From positions 1 to 13,766 of the forward strand of contig JBBQYG010000105.1 of the NCBI GenBank assembly GCA_038208905.1: a DNA stretch of 13,766 nucleotides, read 5' to 3'. This document shows positions 1 through 7,800 of the stretch, one piece after another (within the stretch, counting starts at the first letter, position 1; each line of letters begins with the position of its first letter). The stretch is from Candidatus Sumerlaeia bacterium. Lineage in GTDB: Bacteria > Sumerlaeota > Sumerlaeia > SLMS01. The notes under the pieces were generated by a model. That model was given only the letters and a program-made list of their open reading frames with translations, ran no database searches and had not been told where the DNA came from. A program made the translations under genes and the position numbers.

Positions 1-308
1 TGCCCCCGGCCACTGCGCTCGGCCAGCGAGTCGGTCCAGGCGCCGGAGGTCCAGCTTGCCATCTCGTTGCCGAAGGCGTCGGCGTGGCGGGTGTCGGCGA
101 CGGCGGCGCTCGCGTTCGTCGCGAGCATCACCGAGCCCACCAGGTTGTAGTGGAACCACCGGTCCTTACCGAGGGCGCGGCGAGTCGGCTGACGGTCCCG
201 CTGAGTCACGACGGGCCCGTTGCGAATCTCCTCGGTGAGTCCGTCGAAGAAGTAGCGGATGCGCTGGCCGCTGCCAACCGATTTCACAAGGCGGTTCGCG
301 TGACCCCA
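1..308 (-). pseudogene. RHS/YD-repeat protein fragment (approach to the RHS-associated core), 5'-truncated at the IS66 remnant and running off the window
   Basis: Manual translation of the minus strand from 308 is stop-free to the edge: WGHANRLVKSVGSGQRIRYFFDGLTEEIRNGPVVTQRDRQPTRRALGKDRWFHYNLVGSVMLATNASAAVADTRHADAFGNEMASWTSGAWTDSLAERSGRG. This matches RHS patterns W-x3-NRL, Y-x-[YF]DG and [YF]H-x-[DN]-x2-GS...T[DN]...DAFG. It has no start of its own at the junction and is absent from the ORF track. Confidence 0.8.
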
Positions 309-309
309 A

Positions 310-569
310 TCACCCTCGTCGAATCCGCCCGCCGCGCCGACCTGAACCTGTGGGACTACGCCACCGACCTGATGCGCCGCCTGCCGATCGACAACAACGC
401 CGTCGAGCGCTCCATCCGCCCCGTCGCGCTGGGCCGCAAGAACTGGCTCTTCGCCGGCAGCGAACGCGGAGGCCACGCCGCCGCGACCTTCTTCACCCTC
501 GTCGAATCCGCCCGCCGCGCCGATCTCAACCCGTGGGACTACGCCACCGACCTGCTGCGCCGCCTGCCG
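310..569 (+). repeat. 77-bp imperfect direct repeat, copies at 310-386 and 493-569
   Basis: tcaccctcgtcgaatccgcccgccgcgccga...cgccgcctgccg occurs twice, 183 bp (61 codons) apart, with 4 mismatches by manual alignment. Confidence 0.95.
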
Positions 570-635
570 TCCCACTCCATCAAACGCCTCGAAGAACTGC
601 TCCCCGACAACTGGAAGATCAACAACCCCGCCTGA
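310..635 (+). pseudogene. tnpC: IS66 transposase TnpC, C-terminal fragment
   Basis: RLPIDNNAVERSIRPVALGRKNWLFAGSERGGHAAATFFTLVESARRADLNPWDYATDLLRRL...LEELLPDNW is the classic IS66 TnpC tail. The first ~75 codons of ORF 84..635 are only the antisense of the RHS fragment. Confidence 0.92.
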
Positions 636-687
636 CCAACCCGCCGCCCCGGCTTCGGTCGCATAACCACGCAAGAACTTCCACGAT

Positions 688-707
688 GGGTGTGGCGGGA
701 CGGTTAC
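688..707 (-). repeat. IS66 right terminal inverted repeat (partner end absent)
   Basis: gggtgtggcgggacggttac; reverse complement gtaaccgtcccgccacaccc starts with the conserved GTAA. The inner boundary is approximate. Confidence 0.8.
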
Positions 708-1306
708 GCACAAGGATCCACTGGGGTCTCCGTCGCAGTTGCAGAGCCTCCCCCTGATGTTCCAGTCGGAGAGTTTTCCGGCGTCGGTGTTGCGCCCCCC
801 GGCGTCGCCGTCGGCGCGCATGTCTCCGGCGGAGGCTCGTTGGCGGCGACGGCGTTGAGGATGAGTTCGGCTAGCTCGCTGGGCAGGCAGTTGCAGCAGG
901 GGTCGATGGTCTCGCAGGGGATCACGGTGCCCTCGGGGTTCAGGCAGGGGGTCGGCGTTGGCGCGGGCGTTTCCGTGGGGGCCGGGCCGTCGGTCGGCGT
1001 GGAGGTGGTCTCGGGGGTCGGAGTCGCCGACGGCCCGGGGGTTGGCGTGTACTCGGGAGTCGGCGTCGGCGTCACCACGACAGAGGTCGGGCACGGCACC
1101 TGATTGTCGTCCTTGTCCTCGCGAACCGATGGCTCGGGCGTGGGCGTCGGGCTTCCCGGAGTCGCGGGCGGCGGCGCCACCGTCGGGCACGGGACCTCGT
1201 TGTTGTCCTTGTCGTAGCAGACCTGCGCCACCGCGCCCACGGTGAGGAGGAGGAACAGTCCTGTCGAGAGAAGTCTAGGGCTCCACGTTACCCTACATCG
1301 AACCAA
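704..1306 (-). pseudogene. Secreted Pro/Thr-rich, Cys-motif protein, N-terminal portion truncated by IS66
   Basis: TTG start with GGAGG (1320-1316) 9 nt upstream. Signal peptide (...RLLSTGLFLLLTVGAVA|Q) and TPTPTP linkers are present. The stop codon TAA (706-704) is part of the IS terminal GTAA, so it is not the native stop. Confidence 0.8.
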
Positions 1307-1370
1307 ACCGCGTATCCTCCCCCCTGCTGATCACTCCGTTGGGGGGCGATTCGGGATCGCGGCAAGGCGA

Positions 1371-4300
1371 CTACTCCTCCACCGCCCCGATCGTCACGCC
1401 CTCCAGGATCACTGCGATTTCTGGGTCGTCGGCCGAGGGGTCGCCGGGGGGGAGTGGGGCCCAGATGAGGTCGAAGCTGAGGAGGAAGCGTGAGCCCTCG
1501 ATGCCCGGGGGGGTGCGCAGGTAATGGCGGTAAACTTGCGCGAGGCCGTCGATGGGGAGCGAGGCTCCGGGGCGGGAGTCCAGAATGAGGGAGGCGCCGA
1601 GTTGCTGGGTGCTGTCGTTGACGCGCAGGCGCATGGTCGGAATGGCGGCGGCCTGGGCGGCGGTGGCATCGGTGGCGATGCGCCACGTGATGCTGTAGAG
1701 CGTGTCGGCGTCGAAGGTGGCGCTGGTCTCTCCGGTCCAGAATCCGAAGGTCACGGCGTCGGACTCGCTGCCGTTGTGGGAACGCATCAGGAGGCCGGTG
1801 TCGGTGGCGGCGAACTGATCCGGCGCGCGGAGCGACGGCGCCGCGCTGCCGAAGGTGAAGCCGTTGGTGGCTCCATTCAGAAAGCTGAAGCTGGCGACCT
1901 CTCGCGGTGTGCCCGCGCGAATGGGCGATGCGATTGCCTCCACCCGGGCGCGGTCCAGGCCGATGGTGGCGCCGGGCGTGGCGAGGGCGGAGAAGCTGAG
2001 CAGGTCGAAGTAGGCGTGGAATGCGGCGGTTCCGGTCGGGAGGGAGACATAGTGCGTATAGACAGTTCCCCGCGTGGCGGGGGCGAGGCTTCGGAATCCC
2101 TCGCGCGGCGTGATGCTCAGTTCGTTGGTGCGGGCAAAGCCACGCGGCGAGGCCCTCAGGCGCATGGCGGGGGGAATATCGCCGGCGGCGGCGAGGCGGG
2201 AGAACACCGTGGCGTCGATGCGATAGACGGCCTCCTCCTCCGCCGTCGCCAGGCTGGCGATGTTCTTGCCAACGCGAAAGGGCGGCGAGACCAGGTGGGT
2301 GAAGGTGTTGGCATTGTCGGGCGCGGTGAGCTGGATGGCGCCGGGGTCGAAGGAGATCGCGCGGGTGGCGCTCTCGAATGGCCCGCGGCCCCGGCGGAAG
2401 CCCCAGCCCTCCGCGCCGTCGTCGAAGGCGAAGTCAACGGCACCGGGCGCGACCTCCGGATCGAAGAGCGCAAGGTTGTGGTAGGCGCGCGTGCCAATCG
2501 TATCGAAGTCCCCACCCACATATAGCGACGAACCCGCCGTGGCGAGCGCTCGGACGCTGGTAATGTAGTAGAATCCGTAGGGGGAAAACCGTCCGCCCCC
2601 GGGATTGGGGACCCATGCCTGGGCGCCGCCCGTCGCCCGGTCAAAGGACCCGAGCGAGAAACGGCTGCCGGCCTCCTCGATGGCGTTGGTGCTGCCGATA
2701 ACGATGGCGTTCCCGCGCGCGGCGAGGGCGCGCGTGACGCCCGGCGTGGCCGCGGGATTCCAATTGGCCTGTGCGCCCGTGAGCAGGGTGAACGCGCGGA
2801 CGGGTGTGCCTCCCGCGAGCACCGCAGGCCCCACGGAGCCGGTCTCTCCCCTGCCCAGCAGCCCGATGGAATACACAGGACTGGACACGACGGGGCGCCA
2901 TGCAACGGGGACGCCCGATGCGGCGCCAAGCTGAACGAGGTAGGCGAAGCCCTTGCCGCCGATGGATGTGAAGAGCCCACCCATATAGACGGAAGTCGAG
3001 GATGCCTTGAGGGCGGTGACAAGGTCGTTGGGATTCGGATTCCACGGCGTCACACGGCCCGTGTCGCGATCAACGGACCCGACGTAGGCGCGAGGCTCGC
3101 CGTCGATGGAGGAGAAGGACCCCGCGACATAGACATCGTTGCCCGCCAGGGCGATGGCGCTGATGGGGCGCACCTGGACTTCATTGACGACATCCACGAC
3201 ATTGGGATTCCACGGTGTGACGGCACCTGTCGCCGTGTCGATCTCGGCAAGGTTGCCGCGCGGCTCTCCGCCGACGGAGACGAACTTCCCACCCACGTAG
3301 AGACCCGAATGGGAACCGGCAATGGCGGTGATCTTTCCATCCACCATGGGGTTGAAGGAGAGGAGATCGCCCGTGGTCGCGTCGAACGCGGCGAGGCCGC
3401 GCTGGGCGCGCGGCACCGCGACGAGGGCCTGGCGGTCGATGTATATCTTTCCTCCGGAGGTAGATATCTCGCGCGGCGCGGCACTCAATCCAAGGGAGAA
3501 GGGAATCGGGGTGCCGATGGCGGCGTTGGCCGCGCCAATCCAGGGCGAATCGAGTCCGCCAATCTTCTTGAACTGACCACCAAGTAGGACGTCGCTGCCG
3601 GAGAGCTCCAGCGCGTTGACGATACCATCCACCGCGGGATCCCACGGGGTGGCGGTGGCATCGTTGCGGTTGAGGGCGGCGGCATAGCCGCGGGCCTGCC
3701 CGCCCATTTGCAGGAATTCGCCACCTACATAGAGCGTTGCGCCGTCGATGATGAAGTCGCGAACGGCGCCGTCCGAGTTTGCATTCCAATCCGTTGCCTC
3801 CCCTGTGATGGGGTCCAGCTCCGCGATGCCGCGGCGCGGCACTCCGGCGATGTTGGAGAATGTTCCGGCTGCCAGGACAAAACCATTCGACATAGCCAGC
3901 TTGACGATCTCGTCGTCGCTACCGGGATTCCAGGGGAGCGTGGCGCCAGTGGTGGCGCTGATGGCGCCGAGGCCGCTGCGCTCGACGCCGCCGACGCTGT
4001 CAAAGGCGCAGCCAATGTAGATCGTGTCGCCGGAGACCGCGATGCTGTTGACGCGGTTGTCAACCACCGGCGCCCACGGCAGAAGACTCCCCGTGGTGGC
4101 ATCGATCGCGGCCAAGTGCCCGCGGGCCACACCGCTGATCGATGTGAATGCCCCGCCCACATAGACCGTCGAGCCGACCACGGCCATGGACGTGACGACA
4201 CCGTTGGCGCTGGGAGCCCACGCGGCGTTGATAGCGCCGGTGGAACTGACGCGCGCGAGGTAGTCGCGCCGCGTGCTGCCGACGCTGCGGAAGTCGCCGG

Positions 4301-4646
4301 AGAGATACCACCCGCCGGAGCCATCGGCGATCGCCGTATAGACGGTCCCATCGGTGGTGGGGAAACTTGAAATCGGTTGATGGGTTGTGGAGTCGATAGC
4401 GACGCCATGGCCGACACGCTTCCCGGATCCCGTGAAGTCGCCTCCCAAATAGACGACGTCGCCATCCACGAGGATCGCCTCCACGCCGTCCTCCGGCTTG
4501 TAGAGCGTGCTCGTGAACGTCACCAACGGGCTGTCGGTACTGGGCACGCTCGAGAGCGGGGCCTGCGCGCGGCCGACGCCGAGCGCGGCGCACGCCATCA
4601 TGGCCCCCGCGAGGATGCGGACCGAATTTGCCTTCGTGTGCTTCAT
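1371..4646 (-). CDS. Secreted 1091-aa beta-propeller repeat protein with tandem-duplicated C-terminal domain
   Basis: ATG preceded by GAGGGG. Signal peptide (MKHTK...ALGVGRAQA). About 14 repeats of ~50 aa with the pattern [VL]Y[VL]GG-x-F-x2-[IV]-x-G-x2-R-x2-LA-x-[ID]...W-x-P. The last ~355 aa are non-propeller. Confidence 0.92.
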   Translation of the reverse strand: MKHTKANSVRILAGAMMACAALGVGRAQAPLSSVPSTDSPLVTFTSTLYKPEDGVEAILVDGDVVYLGGDFTGSGKRVGHGVAIDSTTHQPISSFPTTDGTVYTAIADGSGGWYLSGDFRSVGSTRRDYLARVSSTGAINAAWAPSANGVVTSMAVVGSTVYVGGAFTSISGVARGHLAAIDATTGSLLPWAPVVDNRVNSIAVSGDTIYIGCAFDSVGGVERSGLGAISATTGATLPWNPGSDDEIVKLAMSNGFVLAAGTFSNIAGVPRRGIAELDPITGEATDWNANSDGAVRDFIIDGATLYVGGEFLQMGGQARGYAAALNRNDATATPWDPAVDGIVNALELSGSDVLLGGQFKKIGGLDSPWIGAANAAIGTPIPFSLGLSAAPREISTSGGKIYIDRQALVAVPRAQRGLAAFDATTGDLLSFNPMVDGKITAIAGSHSGLYVGGKFVSVGGEPRGNLAEIDTATGAVTPWNPNVVDVVNEVQVRPISAIALAGNDVYVAGSFSSIDGEPRAYVGSVDRDTGRVTPWNPNPNDLVTALKASSTSVYMGGLFTSIGGKGFAYLVQLGAASGVPVAWRPVVSSPVYSIGLLGRGETGSVGPAVLAGGTPVRAFTLLTGAQANWNPAATPGVTRALAARGNAIVIGSTNAIEEAGSRFSLGSFDRATGGAQAWVPNPGGGRFSPYGFYYITSVRALATAGSSLYVGGDFDTIGTRAYHNLALFDPEVAPGAVDFAFDDGAEGWGFRRGRGPFESATRAISFDPGAIQLTAPDNANTFTHLVSPPFRVGKNIASLATAEEEAVYRIDATVFSRLAAAGDIPPAMRLRASPRGFARTNELSITPREGFRSLAPATRGTVYTHYVSLPTGTAAFHAYFDLLSFSALATPGATIGLDRARVEAIASPIRAGTPREVASFSFLNGATNGFTFGSAAPSLRAPDQFAATDTGLLMRSHNGSESDAVTFGFWTGETSATFDADTLYSITWRIATDATAAQAAAIPTMRLRVNDSTQQLGASLILDSRPGASLPIDGLAQVYRHYLRTPPGIEGSRFLLSFDLIWAPLPPGDPSADDPEIAVILEGVTIGAVEE

Positions 4647-4858
4647 GCGATCACCCCTCGCGGCGCCAGTGAAGTAGGCAATGACAAGACCCAGTGTGTA
4701 TAGTTTCCTGTACGCGCGTGGTCGATGGCAATTTCAATAATGGGGCTCGCCGGGGGGGTTGAGGGGATTCCTGAGGCAACTGCAATGCGATGGACCGGAT
4801 TGACCGAGTTGACGAGATGGATGGATTGCGCGGCGGGATTGTGGCGCTCGGGCGGGGC

Positions 4859-7800
4859 CTACTCGTACTTCGTCTCGCCCCGCTGATAATCCGTCTCCGC
4901 GCGGGGGGGGGCGGCGATGGCGCCGGTGCCGCGGAGGAATCCGGATACCTCGGCGTCGCGGGCGGCCTTGGCGTCGGGGGTGGGATGCGTGGCGCGGGTG
5001 CGCACGGGGGCGGCAGTCTCTCGGAGGAGGCGGGCGATGATCTCCACGATGTGGGGGAGCGGCTCGCGCGTCTGCTCGATCATCATCTCGAAGGCGGGAA
5101 TCGCCTGGCGGCGGAACTCGATCTGCTGCCCGGGCGTGAAGGCGGGCAGGCGCGACGCGCGCTCGAGCATGGCGCCCTTGTCGGAGTAGGCGCGCGCCTG
5201 GGTGGGGATACGGCGGATAGCCTCGTCGATGTAGGCGAGTCCGCCGGTGATGTCGCCGGCCTGCTCGCTGAGCCATGCCAAGTGATAGAGCACCGCGTTG
5301 TCGCCCTGTGGCGCGTGGGGCAGCGCGCGCTTCATGATGTCGATCGCCGCGGCCCAGTCCTTCTCGTCCTCGTGAATGCGGGAGAAGGGCCAGTAGCTGG
5401 CGATGTCGGAGGGGTTCTCCCGCAGCGCGCGGGCGAGCTCGATGCGGGCCATCTCGTTGTCGCCGCCTTGGCGGGCGAGCGAGGCAAGCTCGCGCACGAC
5501 GGGGTCGCCCTGCCACCGGACAAAGGCATCCTCGACCACGGCGCGGACGCGTTTCTTGTCTTCGGGGGAGATGTTCTCCATCTTGAGCGACTCGCGGTAG
5601 AGCAGGCCCACCAGATAGGAGACGCGCGGGTTGCGATCGATCGCGCGGAACAGGCGCGCCAACTTCACCTTGTCGGGCACTTCCCTGGGCACGTCGCTGC
5701 GGCGAAAGACGTGGTTGAACACGTTGGCGATCTTCCCCATCTGCCAGTCATCCACATAGTTCTTCATCTTGGGATGCGCATAGACGCGGGCGGATATCTC
5801 CGGATAGGCCCAGCCCTTGGACTTTGGATCGGGGCGCTCGTGGTTGAGGAAGATCAGCAGGTACTCCGGCTGGCGCTGTTCCATGATATAGCTGGTATTG
5901 CGCGCCAGGAACGCATTGAAGACGTCGCGCTCGGCCTGCTTCTCGATGTTCTTCATATCCGCGCTCGTCAGCGCCTTGTCTGGCGGCTGTGTGGCGATCA
6001 GTTGCTGGATGCGCTGCTTCTTGGTGGGAAGCCGCCCCCGCGTTGACGGCGCGTGGGCAAGGAAGGGATCCGTCAGGCCGTCGACGTCGTAGAGATTAAG
6101 GTGGTCGGCGAAGTAGAGCGGCTGGCCGATGTCGCTCATGAAGATATACGCGTTATCCTGGGTATCCGTCAGCAGGTAGTTGGAAACGTCGTTCAGCGCG
6201 GGGACGAATCCTCGGCGGTAGTTGGCAAAGAGCTGCTTGGGCATGAACCAATCGTTGGAACGCCAGCCCCAGTAGACCGAGCCGGGCCCATAGACGGAGA
6301 CGGCGATGATGCGGCTCTGTTCGTAGCCGTTGGAAATCAGCAGCGCCAGCGCCACGGCCATCGAGGCGATTCCCGCGGCGATCTTCAGCCAGGCGGTGAC
6401 CAGGAACTCGCTCGCGAGGGCGAAGAACCAGCCAAACCCGATCGCCGCCGCCACACCGATAAAGGGAATGACGATCTGGAAAAACCGGAAGCTGGGCATC
6501 CAGTCGCCGTTCACGTGATAGATGTAGTACACGTTCATCGCCCACGGCATCACGACCATAATGACGATCTTGCCCAGATGCACGTCGGAAAAGAAGGCGC
6601 TTTCCTTCCGTCGTCGCCGCCCCGCCATCGCGCCCAGCAGCGGCGTTGCCGTGGATTGCAGCGCCAGCAACAGGGCCAGAACCCAGAAGCAAATCCACGC
6701 CAGCGAATTCCACTGGGGGAAGGAAAGGTTCCACAACATGCGATCCAGCTTCATCAGCCAGCCGTATTCCATGTCCGCGGGAACGCGGGCGATCTCCATC
6801 GGGGCGTTCTTCTTGAAGTCCGCCTGATCGAAATAGAAAACGCGCAACTGCTCCAGTCCCATCGCGCGGGATTCGCCAACGAGTCGCTGCTTGGCGTAGT
6901 ATGTGTTTGGCATCACGTCATCGTAGTACGTGTATCGCCATCCCCAATAGATCACGAAGGGGATCGCCGCATAGACGCCCCATCGGAACAACCTCCGCAG
7001 CGGCAGGCGCCCCCACAGGACAAGCCACAAACCGTAAACGCCCAGCGGGAACAGGTAGTAGAGCGAATCGATGCGCGTCATCGCGGCGAGCACGCAGACG
7101 AAGGGGCTGAGCAGCCAATTGCGCGGGTCGCGGCGCTCGGCCTCGAATCGCCAGTAGGCGGTGACCACCAGCATCACCTGCATAAGCGTCTCCAGCCCCA
7201 TCATCGCCCAGTTTGCGAAGTGGGCGTTCGTCGCCAGCAGGAACGGCGGGATCATGTTGAACCAGTCGTCGCGGCCGCGGAGGGAGCGCGCCATCCCCCA
7301 GCTTGCCGCGATCGTCGCCACGCCGCACGCCTGGCCCATGATCTTGGATACGAACATCAGGTCCCACTGGAGCATCGCGGGAACAACCAGGCAAAGGGCC
7401 CACAGGAAATTCGTCAGCCCCTCCACCCGCGGCCCATCGGGATTGAAGCGCCAGCCATAGCCCTGAACAAACAGGTCCACGAAGCGAAACGTAATATAGG
7501 AGTCGTCGATGATGATGACCCAGTAAGGCGCGCACTGCAGGACGAAGTAGGTGGATATCAGTGCCAGCGCCACCAGCCGCAGCACCGCGCCCACGGACCA
7601 CCATCCGCGAAGCCAAACGCCCATGCCCTCGAACAAACCGTAGGACGACGTGTCAACCGGGGCCGGAGGCACGTCGGGCTCGCGATAATCGGGATCGAAA
7701 ACGGGGAGTTCCGGCGCGGGCCGCGCGCGGCGCACCCGCAGCGCCGGGTAGTCGGGCTCGAATGCGGGCGGCACGGGATCGGCCTCGCGCTCCCATTCGG

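Larger units (their letters stand above)
310..707 (+). mobile_element. IS66-family insertion sequence remnant (3' end of transposase plus right end only)
   Basis: TnpC C-terminal motifs are followed about 50 bp after the stop by a terminus ending ...GGACGGTTAC, which reads GTAACCGTCC inward, the GTAA-type end of IS66 elements. No tnpA, tnpB or left end is visible. Confidence 0.88.

Noticed and set aside
284..291. tcacaagg as left target-site duplication matching gcacaagg (708-715)
   Set aside because: It is a 7/8 match but is not followed by a GTAA left end and lies ~19 bp inside RHS-like coding sequence (the NRL motif spans it). Joining the two sites would put the ORFs out of frame. Probably chance.
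84..309. N-terminal part of ORF 84..635 as transposase sequence
   Set aside because: IS66 similarity begins only at ~310. The upstream part is the antisense of the RHS fragment.
310..569. Direct repeat as a CRISPR array
   Set aside because: Only two 77-bp copies, in-frame within transposase coding sequence, and no cas genes.
4690..4740. Sigma70 promoter for the propeller gene
   Set aside because: The stretch is AT-rich and contains TTGAAA, TTGCCA and TATACA on the minus strand, but no strong -35/-10 pair at proper spacing.
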